Positions 36,553 through 48,111 of a stretch of 64,000 nt of DNA are shown one piece after another; position 1 is the stretch's first letter; every line of letters begins with the position of its first letter. The DNA is taken from the NCBI RefSeq assembly GCF_001194135.2, contig NC_069000.1, positions 1,419,164 through 1,483,163 of the forward strand, given 5' to 3'. Made by a program: the position numbers and the translations under genes. The notes under the pieces were generated by a model. The model ran no database searches. It saw only the letters and a list, made by a program, of their open reading frames with translations, and was not told the DNA's origin. This DNA comes from Octopus bimaculoides (Eukaryota).

Positions 36553-36700
36553 AATTCATTCCTGATACTAACAAGTTTCCCCTCTCCTGCTCTCAACATG
36601 CCTGCGTTGATTCCGTTGTTCATTTGTTTACTCTTGAGGAAAACGTCAACGAGGCAAATGACACTCGTTTTGATAAAGGAAATAAACGCTCCTCAGAGAA
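36553..36700 (-). other. Candidate 5' UTR exon of gene 2
   Basis: Consensus donor att|GTAAGT at 36552 with CpG-containing non-repeat sequence upstream. The 5' boundary is a guess. Confidence 0.4.
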
Positions 36701-36754
36701 TTCAGCATTACACAAGAAACAGAAAGAAAGAGTGAGAGAAAGTTGGGGTGAAAG

Positions 36755-36915
36755 AGTACAACAGGGGTCACCCCCCCCCCCCCCCCGCCGGAGCCTCATG
36801 GAGCTTTTAGGTGTTTTCGCTCAATAAACACACGCAACGCCTGGCCTAGGAATCGAAACTGATCCTCTGACCGCGAATCCGCTGCCCTAACCACTGGGCC
36901 CTTGCGCCTCCACAC
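36755..36915 (-). mobile_element. tRNA-head SINE, distinct family
   Basis: gtggaggcgcaagggcccagtggttagggcagcgg...tttcgattcc; no acceptor stem, continues into non-tRNA body. Confidence 0.65.
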
Positions 36916-38499
36916 TTACCCTACAATGCCATTCTAAAAATATACAAACCCAGCACTGAAATTTCGAAACTACAAGATAAAGCATGCTTGACTCAGAACA
37001 ATGTGAATAAATAAGCATTTACGTTTTATAAAATAATCTAAACGTTACCGAGTTAGGATATCCTGACAATCTTATTCATTTAACCAAATGAAGATGAATG
37101 GTGGTCAGCAGCCAAAATGAGATAAAGTGGAGGATAAAAATATAGAAGTGGAAGAAGAATCATCAGCCATTACCTTTAATTCAGGGTTCCAAGACTGTTG
37201 AGAGGAAGGCAGGAAGTGATCCTCTGATTAGAGATTTGTCTCAAATTCTTGACAAGGGAGTGTAATTCTGCTAAAAAGCAGACATAGACCAAATGGTAAT
37301 TTTAAACTGAGCAAGGAATTAAATAAATCCACAAATGGAAACCCTCCTTCCAACAGCCTGCCATGCAATGTTTCAGTTTGTACTGAATTTCACTGACTAA
37401 GGTCTGGTTGTTGTGTGTCTGTAGTAGAAATAGTTTGTGAAAAGTGCCATCACACAGTGTAGAAGGACAAGGGTTAACCTTGGAATTACGTAAATGAAGT
37501 GAACTTGTTAACCACACATTTGAGAAAGAAAGAGAAGAATAACAGGAAAATACTTCTCAGATGAGAAAATGTTATGAAACAAAGCAAAAAACAAGAAAGC
37601 AAAACAAAAAGTCGACCCAGATATTATTGTCAGAGAAGTGGTTTACGTAATTATTTCAAATTGAATCTTCATAAAAACAAAGATTTCAAGAGTCATGGAG
37701 GAAGGAAATATTCATGCAAGAGTTTGAAGTAGTTTGTTTGGTTCAGGTATATCCTGGTGGGGGAGGTGGTGCAGGTGACAGTGGTGGAGGAGGTGCAGAG
37801 GTTATTGGTTGGTTGAACAGCTGACAGACACGCAGGAGGGGGTGTCTGTGATTACTGGTGGCTGCATGAGTGGCAGAGGCAACAAGCTGCAGCAGAATGG
37901 GGAGAAAAAAAAAAAAGGTCACTGGCCAGCTGGAGTAGTTATTCACGACTGGATGCTGGGAAACTCGATTGTTTTAGTTAAAGGATTGCATTCATCCCCC
38001 CTTGTGAGTCATCAATAAGGAACTTATGAGTCAAAGAAGGGATTTCTATACTGCAGTTGTTAGAAATAGCAGCTAATATCCTCCTAATTACACCTTGTTA
38101 TCTTCAAAACAAAGTATTTCAAGTTATATAAACAGATGAGGTGGTCATGCATGGCACACAGATTTGGTCAATCAGGTTTGATCTGAGACTAAATGACAAC
38201 AACAACAGAGTTAATGAAGAGTCACTGTTTAATCCCCCAACCTGAAATAAAATAGCAGCCAAATCTCCCTCTAATCCCATTTTACCATACGGAAAGTAGA
38301 TATAGATATACAGAAAAAGGATGTGATGGTCAAGGCCGAAAATCCTTTGGTTTATAGGTCTACGCAACCAAATATGGCCTGGAGCTAATACAACATTAAA
38401 ATGCAGAAAGGGAGAAAAATTGCTGAAGCCAATACATTTATATATGAAGTTTTGTCTCTTTACTTTCTCATTTCCAGATCATTTAGTTTATTAATATTA

Positions 38500-38695
38500 T
38501 TGTTGTTGTTGTTTGTTTGTTAGAACTCCTGGAGTCTTGCATGCATAGCAGGCTTACTACCAGCGGCCTTACGGTACCATGCTATCTGTTCTTTTCAACT
38601 ATATAATACTCTCCTGAAGATTCTGGTCATGCCAAGGAGGCAAACCTTTTGTAACAGTTCTACTGAACACACTATTCCAATTTCCTTTATACCCC
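38500..38695 (-). mobile_element. Shorter 3' fragment of an RLE-clade (R4/Dong-like) LINE
   Basis: GIKEIGIVCSVELLQKVCLLGMTRIFRRVLYS* (stop 38597-38595), followed by a 3' UTR and a CAA/TAA-rich tail. Confidence 0.65.
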
Positions 38696-40387
38696 CCACA
38701 CCTTGATGCCTTCTGCTACAGTGTGTGTGTGTGTGTGTGTTGAGTGACATAAAATCCGTGAATTCACGGAAACATGATCATAATAAAAAGTTCAAGTACA
38801 ATGACGTAAATATGACAAGTGCTGATTAACAGTGAGGACACACAATAGCACAGCAACAACAACAGTTATACGCTTCCCATGCAATGCTTGAGTGCCAGAC
38901 AGTGCTTAACGATTTTCATGATTATCTGAAAATGCTTTCAGAGTCATTCTCATGCGTAAACGGTAGAAAATCATATAAGAAAACAGGTGAGAAAAAGTCT
39001 GCAATCAGACTTTTAGCTTTAATTTTAAGCTTCCATGTCAGGTTTCTTACCCACTTCCATTCACCCGACACCAAGTACGAACATGTCTTTCTCAAGGGAA
39101 GTGGGAGTGACTGCCATGCTTGGCTTGTGAGTATTTAAGCTTAAACTTCATCTCAGTATCAAATGTCTTGGCGATCGAATGAGTCAGCCATAGTTACAGG
39201 GAGTTGGCAGTTCAAAAAAAAATCCACTAAACCAGCGAAGGTTTAAAAGCTTCAAGCTTCACTTTGTATGGAAACCACAATAATTAATTCTCTTATCTCT
39301 TGTTTAAGATGTGGCCAAATAAAGTGAGAATCTTGAGGTTTTACGTTGTACAAACAGTTGGCAATAATGATGCTGTTTGTTTCTGCCCTTGCAAACATTT
39401 ATGAAAGTTTGAGTAATCACAGAAGGTATCAACCGAATATAATAATCTATAGCATGTGCTGATCGTTAGCAACATGTATATGTGCATGCGCATGCACACA
39501 CACAAAGTGCAGGTGTGGCTGTGTGGTAAGAAGAGTTTGTTTCCCAACCACATGGCTTTGGGTTCAGTCAGATCTGGCCTCTCACACCTATCCCACAATG
39601 TCATTCTAAAAATAAACATTAACATCATTAAAATCACAAAGCTATGAGATGGTATATGATTAATTAAAAACAATTTGAATAAATATGCATTACATTTGAC
39701 AGAGTAATTTGAATGTTAAATGCTTAAAATTGCGTTAATTTGTTAAAAAAAAAGAGAAAAACTAATTAATAATAACAAAGTATTTTTACTAAATTTTCAT
39801 TATTTTAACCGTTAATCGAAATGAAGTTCAATGGGTTTCAACAGGATTATGGCAACACAAAGGATAATCATGTATTTATTAGGTTTCCTACTTTTTTTCC
39901 TGTTCTGGCACATCTTCTGTTGCTCAGACACACCATTGTTTCTAAACTAGTTCTTCACACATTCTTAACTATTTTAAGCCCATATCTAATTGCTCTACTG
40001 CTCTCTCTCTCTCTCTCACAGCGAAGACCTCCTTCTTGTGTTACTTCTGCACCCAACTGCAACAGAAATGCCAACCACAAACACTTGCAGCAGCAGCCAC
40101 ACCCCTATCCTACAAACACATCGGATAACAGACATTGAAACTATGATGATGATGATGATGGTGGTGACGATAAAGATACATTCAGGAACACACACACACA
40201 CATGTGTGTGTGTGTGTGTTTATATATATATATATATATGCATACTTATGTGCATTAATGCAAATATGCATATGTATATATATATGCATTTATGCACAAA
40301 TGCATATTTATACACACATATAAGTGCATACACATAGCTACATCAATCCTGGCATGCATATATATATATATGTGTGTAAATACAATG

Positions 40388-40434
<47 letters not shown>
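40388..40434. repeat. (CA)n microsatellite
   Basis: Direct reading. Confidence 0.95.
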
Positions 40435-40436
<2 letters not shown>

Positions 40437-42830
40437 CCTAATTGTCAAGTTGTTATTCACTGACGGAAGTAANNNNNNNNNNNNNNNNNNNNNNNNNNNN
40501 NNNNNNNNNNNNNNNNNNNNNNNNNNNNNNNNNNNNNNNNNNNNNNNNAAAAAAAAAAAAAAAAAAAAAATGTAAAATCAAATCAAAATGAAAATACATA
40601 GAATATAAAAAAAAACACCATGCATCTCTGTAGTTGTAACCAGTTCTTAGCTTGGTTGACCTACTTCTTCCATTAAATTACAAACATACTGTTAATATTA
40701 AGTGTTAGGTTTCAAATGGAAAATTTAGTTGAGCAGATAAATAAACACATAAACAAATAAACAATCTATGCACATCAAAATTTTGTTTTGTTGTTTAACC
40801 CCAGGTCAGGCTTGACTAAGTGGGTCTTTAAGCATTGATGATCCTTCTCTGTTTTTAAGACTACAATAATATATAAGAGGACAGGGTGTACTTTGAGGGG
40901 GATGTTTGCTTCTATTTTTAGTAGATTCAATGACCATGCAGAAGATCATATATATATATAAGGGCCTTTGGGTTAACCTAGAAAAGAAACAAAGTCTTAG
41001 TAAGTAGGAAGGCAGACAAACCGCAAATCCCTCAGGTAGATGGCCCTGCTCCATCTGTAGAAAAGATGTAGGTAAAAACTCCATAAGATGCACCTGGTGT
41101 AATTTTTGGAACCTGTGATAGAGGTAGACCCAGGAAGACATAGGATGAGGGAGTGAAGCATGATCTTCAAACCTTGGGCCTCACAGAGGTAATGACTTAT
41201 GACTGAGACATTTGGCAATGTGCTGTGAAATCATAGTCATGGCTGACGCTGGTGTCACGTAATTGGCACCCGTGCCAGTGGCATAGAAAAAGCATCTTTC
41301 GAGTGTTGGGCTTCATGGAGGCAAAGTAGCTGAGCCCCTTTCGATTGTTGGGCCTCACAGAGGCAATGACCAAGACCTTTGGCATTATGTTGTGCTTGAG
41401 AAGGAAACCCATCAAAGCAAGTAAAATTGCAGTTGTAGCAAATACCAGTGTCACGCAAATGGCACATAAATGCACCCATTACGCTCTTGGAGTGGTTGGT
41501 GTTAGGAATGGTATCCAGTCATAGAAAGCATGCCAAATCAGACTGGAGTCTGGTGCAGCCCTGGTCAAACTGTCCAACTCATGCCAGCATGGACAATGGA
41601 TGCTAAATGACGATGATACACACGATGGGCTTCTTTCAGTTTCTGCCGACCAAATCCACTGACAAGGCTTTGGATAGCCCAAGGTTATTGTAGAAGACAC
41701 TTATCCAAGGTGACACACAGAGGGATAGAAACTGGAACAATGTGGTTGGGAAGCAAACTTCTTGTCACGGGTAGCATTGGTGAATTTCAAGAAGCATAGA
41801 ATTTATATGGGCGTGTGTGTGTATTTGTCCTTTTCCACTTGACAACTGGTGTTGGTTTGTTTATGTTCCCATAACTAACTTAACAGTGTGGAAAAAAGAA
41901 GCTAGTAGAATAAATCCCATATAATAAGCACTGGGCATGATTTGATCAACTAAAGGCAGTGCTCCAGTATGGCCACAATCCAATGACTGAAACAAGTAGA
42001 AGAATGCAAGAATCAGCAGAAATGAGAAAAAGAAATCCGTTCGTTATCGCAGATATTAAATTACATCCCTGAGGAAGAATAAAATATCAAGAATTTCAAT
42101 ATGGTTTGGTTTCAGTTCTTGCTGCGACAGAAGCATATTGTGGCTGCTGACACAGTACGAGACCAAGCCTGGATCACAAAATACCAGATGTTTGAATGAC
42201 AGTGTTCTAAAATAAATAAATAAGTAGATAAATAAAACGAGCTAAGGGAAGTAACTCAAATGGACATAGGCATGAATTTGGATAAGTTAGAGGAATTATG
42301 TACCAAGCGACAGATAGAACAAGTATTAGGCTTACAAAGTCCTGGAGTTGATTTGTTCGACTAAAGGCAGTGCTCCAGCATGGCCGTAGTCAAATAACTG
42401 AAACAAGTAATAGAATAAAAGAACACACACATTTATATAATGGATTTTGATTCAATATATAATACAACGTGATAAAAACTTCAACACAACTCATCCATGA
42501 AATATTAGCCTTCGTTTTTATTTCCTCCGCCAATTCTGATTGAAATGACAATTATTATACAAGTGTCTATCTAAACCAGTGTGTTTGAGTGTGTTTATAT
42601 TCTTTTCTTTTTTTTTTCCAATCTAAAATCAGTCAAATAGAAAAACAAGGAAGGGACAAGACATCCAGCCAATCAGCCACTTCAGATATTTTCAGTCAAC
42701 ACATTGAGTGCCATGTATACAATATAATATATACACGGCACTTTACAAAGTCAACCATGGTACTGTGCTGTATAATCAAACATGTAACTATGTATTTCTG
42801 AAGCCAATAACCTAATCACATAGCCATACC

Positions 42831-42861
<31 letters not shown>

Positions 42862-44089
42862 CATAGATAGGTTTATGGTTCAGTGTGAATAAACAATAAG
42901 ATTCGTGAAAACTTAAAAAGAAAGACAAAGTAAACAGGAAGTGGATTATTATAGCTTTGAGCCTCTTTAGATTGTATCCCTCTCCACTCCCAAAGTGGAT
43001 TGCAGTTGGTCTGTAAAGTAAGGAGGTATGTAGTCTCAGATTTTGAATTAGGCACAATGCTTATCTGCTCATTAAAAAGTTAGAACAGCACTTAATTAAA
43101 TTAATTACAACCAAGAAATCATGCTAGACGCTGAAGTTTTGAAAATAACCATTATTTATGGAACTTGGGGTAAATCTCACTCACCAATACATGTTGTTGC
43201 TAAGCCCAGGTTTGACCTAATCAAGTAGTTGGACAATATAATCAAAGGTGTTCCTACAGTGACAATCACCTCAGAGTTTTTTTCTGGGTCATGAATCATA
43301 AAGTGACGTTTTCTAATCTTTCCTTTTCTTCTCATTGAGTTCTTAGACAATGAATCGGTAGATTTCTTACAGCATCAAATGGAATGCTCAACAGCATTTG
43401 CTTACACACACTGCGTTCTGAGTTCAATTTCCTGGTGAGGTTTGTCCATCCAGAATTTTTTCAGGCATTCTCAAGGGTAGAGGTTTTTTTTTTTCGTTTA
43501 TTGCTTGTGCTGGTGCCACAGAAAAAGCACTTGTGCCGGTGCCACATAAAAAGCACCCAGTACACTTTGTAAAGTGGTTGGCATTATTAGGAAGGGCATC
43601 CAGCTGTAGAAACCATGCCACAAGAGATACTTGGAGCCTGGGGCAGCTCTCCAGTTTGCCATCTCCAATCAAACTGTCCAACCCATGCCAGGAAAAGGGA
43701 CATTGAATGATGATGATGATGATTTAGTCAGGAGGGCAGGGAATACCTGTGACCTTTTACAGGGTCTATGAGATTGGTGGGAGAAAGGGAAGAAAAAAGG
43801 AAGGTATCGTCACATTGGAAACCTAATCTGAGTGCTTGCAATTGAGTGGACCTGATTGAAGGTACTCAGGGCTAAGGTGATGGGTTAAGTTGTAAGAAGA
43901 AAAGTTCAACACACTGCCTCACCTGCCCCCAGGGGGGCGTAAAAGGGGTGGTGGTGCACAGGTAAGACTTGTCCAGTTTGTAACAAACAGAATATTTTTA
44001 CAATGACAGTCAAACAAAACGATCCAAAGGAGATCATTGTAAACATTATCAATGAAATACAGGATATGTAAACATATATAAGTCTATAT

Positions 44090-44228
44090 ACACACACATA
44101 TATACATATGTATATACATATACATATATATATATATATACATACATGTATATACATACATATATATATATACATACATATACACACATATATATACATA
44201 CATACATAAACATACATATACACACACA
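44090..44228. repeat. Mixed (TA)n/(TACA)n microsatellite
   Basis: Direct reading. Confidence 0.9.
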
Positions 44229-44664
44229 AATGCTTGCATGTTATGGAGCTGCCTGAGGTAAATGAAAGATTACAATGAATATTAATAATCCAGTGACAAT
44301 AGAAAGATTTACATCTATAATAAAATTATGGCTTTATACATACATTAAGAGTTTTTTATGTCCATCACAGCTTTATATATACAGCGTTAACTCTTTTAGC
44401 ATCACCTTACCTCAAATAACCTGTATCAAATTCCTTCCTTCCTTTGTTCAACTAATGTCTGTTTTTCATGCTACGGGGCACAACATTCAAGGCAGGCTCT
44501 GGCAGCTATCTGCCCCTTCCTGCTGCTATCACTCAACCTGTTTTCCAAGCAAGGGATTCTTTTATTTTTTTTTTTAATTCTACAAGCCTTCAAAAGCACA
44601 AAATGATTTGTCATAATGTCAGTAAGCAACTTAAATAGCATTACCATTTCTCTTAGGCAATTCA

Positions 44665-44941
44665 AGTGATTCTGTGTGGTAAGAAGTTTGTTTCCCAGCC
44701 ACATGGTCCCGGGTTCAGTTCCACTGCGTGGCACCTTGGGCAAGTGTCTTTCGCTACTGTAAACTCAGGTTGACTAATGCCTTGTGAGTGGATCTGGTAG
44801 ATGGAAACTGAAAGAAGCCTGTTGTATATATGTGTGTTTCTTTGTGTCCCCCATCAACACTTGACAACGAGTGTTGGTGTGTTTATGTCCCCATAACTTA
44901 GCAGTTCGGCAAAAGGGGCCGATAAAATAAATGCCAAGCTT
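44665..44941 (+). mobile_element. SINE family B copy
   Basis: tgtgtggtaagaag...ggttcagttccactgcgtggcaccttgggcaagtgtc...cttagcagttcggcaaaa. Confidence 0.8.
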
Positions 44942-45343
44942 AATAATAAACAGGGACCACTTTTGGTATGCACTCCTTCTTTACGGGCAATCATTGTTCA
45001 TTATTGACTCACAGTCTATGACAAGGCTGAGCACACAAATGGAGAAATAAGATTTCAGAAATTTCAGCAAATAAAAATTACATAAAAATCTTTCATTCGA
45101 TTTTTTCCTATTGGAATGGCAGAATTTCTTGTGTCCCGAATCTGCAGAACTTGACCCAGACTTCTGTGATTTAGATGTTCGCAAGAACCAAGGCATATCT
45201 GCTAAAGGTTACAAATTATACACACACACATATATATACATGTATTATATATATGTATATACACACACACACACACACATATATGCATAAATATATTTGT
45301 ACATACATACATGCATATTTATAAATATATATATATATATATA

Positions 45344-45497
45344 NNNNNNNNNNNNNNNNNNNNNNNNNNNNNNNNNNNNNNNNNNNNNNNNNNNNNNNNN
45401 NNNNNNNNNNNNNNNNNNNNNNNNNNNNNNNNNNNNNNNNNNNNNNNNNNNNNNNNNNNNNNNNNNNNNNNNNNNNNNNNNNNNNNNNNNNNNNNNN
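45344..45497. other. Assembly gap (N run)
   Basis: N characters. Other gaps at 25133-25142, 40473-40548, 60205-60214 and 60762-60771. Confidence 0.99.
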
Positions 45498-45537
<40 letters not shown>

Positions 45538-46359
45538 TACGTACACACTTGCCATGTGTAGCCATTACTCATGTCAACATTGGCATTTGTTTTTCATTCA
45601 CACACACACACACACATGCACGCAAATTCTTTGTTTTTTTCCCTATATTTACCCCGGGAATAATTCCATTATCTGAATTGGCGAATGGAACTAAACAAAA
45701 GGAATTAATATTTATTGCCCAGTTTTAGCCTGGTTTCATGACAGCAAAGGTAATATACTTAATGGACAGTCAAGAATAAATTATTCATCAACTCATGTTA
45801 TATATACACATGTGTCATCTTGCGTGTGCACACACACACATATATATATACACACACATATATATAATGTATGTGTGTGTGTGTTTGTATTTAGAGTACA
45901 TATCTCTCTGTGTTTATCTCTCTGCATATCTCTAGGTGGACATGTGTACATGCACACATACACACACATGTGTACTATTCAACAATTAGACACCTCTGAA
46001 TACCATTTCCCCTTCTTTCCATTATATATTATATACACATAAACGTATTAATTAGTCTATTTGTAATAAGTTCTTTTACTAAAGCACATAAGAACTGCAA
46101 CACCAGCAGCAGTAGCAACAGTCGCTGCCACCACCACCACTGACCTGGTAGAATTGGTCGCACACCAAAGAAAGTGCATAGTGGCATTTCATCCATCTTA
46201 ATGTACTGAGTTCAAACTCTGTTCAGATTGACTTTTGTCTTTCATCCTTTTGGGGTTAAAATAAGTGCCAGTTGAGCGGGGGGAGGGGGTGGGGTGTAAA
46301 CAGCCAACCCCCTCCCCCAAAAAATGCCAGGCTTTGTGCCTGTAGTAGAACAGATCAAT

Positions 46360-46731
46360 ATCATCATTGTTATTTTCATTTACACACAACAGAGCAGACT
46401 GTTGGAAAAGAAAAAAAATCCTAACAAGTAACCTTAGATGCCAAGAACCCTCCTAAGTATCTTAGCTGTCCTTAATAACACCGTTTTCTGGAACTGTACT
46501 GAACTGGATTTTATGTTCGTTTCCTCTATCCATCTGTTCAGATCTTTAGGAATACTTCCCAATGCACCAATAGCTACTGGGATACATTTTACCTGCACTT
46601 TCCATAGTCTCTGTTATTCAATGGCTAGGTCCTGGTACTTGACTATTTTTTCTGTACCTCTCATATTGATTTTTTTCATCATTTGGGACTGTAAAGTCAA
46701 TTATCTGGCACTTTCTATTCTCTTCCAAATC
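46360..46731 (-). mobile_element. 3' fragment of an R4/Dong-like non-LTR retrotransposon (restriction-like endonuclease tail)
   Basis: With one frameshift and one stop it reads KCQIIDFTVPNDE..EKIVKYQDLAIE*QRLWKVQVKCIPVAIGALGSIPK...FQKTVLLRTAKILRRVLGI*, the typical RLE-clade C-terminus. Confidence 0.85.
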
Positions 46732-48029
46732 CACTCACAAACTTTGGTCAGCCTAAGACTACATTAGAAGACACTTGACAAGGGGGGGGGGAGGTCACAC
46801 AGTGGGCCTGAACCCAGAACCCTGTGGTTGAGAAGCAAGCTTCTTACCACAACAGCCACCACCCATACTTATTCTACTTCACTTATAGTAAGGTTAATGT
46901 TGTGGTAAGTAGTCACTCATGTCAAACTAGTACCCGGAACTAAGCTACTCTGGATTGACTGCTATTATGTATATGTATGTTAAAAATAGGAGGTGGAGAT
47001 GGGGGGGGGGGGCATTGAATTGTAGGAATGGAACGTTGGAAAAAATGTCCAATGCTTTAGCATTCAGATTATTCAGTTAAATGTAATGTTTATTGATTCC
47101 GATTGATTTGAATTGGCCATTCTCCATTAATCTTGTAGCTTTGAGATTTCAATGACAAGATTGTGTATTTATAAAGTCGTAGTAGGGTCAGTATGAGAGG
47201 CCAGATCTGGCTGGTTTGAACATAAAACAGAATATTTGGGCTGGACATAACTGATTTCAATGCCAAAATACACACACACACACATGGTGAGCTTATTCCA
47301 GTTTCCATTTACTGAATCTACTTGCCAGGGTTCTGGACAGCCCAAGACAACAGTAGAAGGTAGGAGGTGGCAAGCAGTAGGATCCAACTGGAAACTATGG
47401 TATTGGGAATTGTTTGAATTGCTCAAGACGAAGAACTAACTTTTTAACAGTCTTGTAAGAGAGACAACACCTATACACACTGTGGGAAAATGTTTGACCA
47501 ACATACTTTAGTGGTGAGACAGATTTACGTAACATTTAAAAATTACTTTTCAAACTCAATTTAATTTGCAGATTTTGTTTCACATAGTTGTTTGACTTGT
47601 TAGAAATAGCAGCCAAATCTTGTGTAAATTGAAGACACATTTGACTGACTGTCTTTAACCCTTTTGTTACCATATTTCTGTTGAGATGCTCTGTGTTTCT
47701 TTCAATTAATTTTAAATAATTTAGTAAAATAACTTAGCTGTCATTAAGCTAGTCTTCAAAGCAGTGCTCCAGCATGGACACATTCTAATGACTGATACAA
47801 GTAAAAGGTAAAAGGTTGGCATTAGGAAGGGCATCCAACTGTAGAAACTTTGCCAGATCAGATTGGAGCCTGATGCAGCCTTCTGGCTTGCCAGTCCCCA
47901 CTCAAAAGTCCAACCCATGCCGGCATGGAAAGCGAACGTTAAACTATGGATACAGATGCACAGCTGTTGTGGTTTTGTATTCTTATTATTTGTCTCTAAG
48001 ACAAAATATGAAGTATATTGGCAACATTA

Positions 48030-48057
48030 GAGAGAGAGAGAGATAGATAGATAGATC

Positions 48058-48105
<48 letters not shown>
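48030..48105. repeat. (GA)n/(GATA)n microsatellite
   Basis: Direct reading. Confidence 0.9.

Positions 48106-48111
<6 letters not shown>

Noticed and set aside
43921-43975. Opposing donor-like sites (plus cag|GTAAGA, minus cag|GTGAGG) suggesting a small exon
   Set aside because: No good acceptor or open frame on either strand links it to neighbouring candidates.
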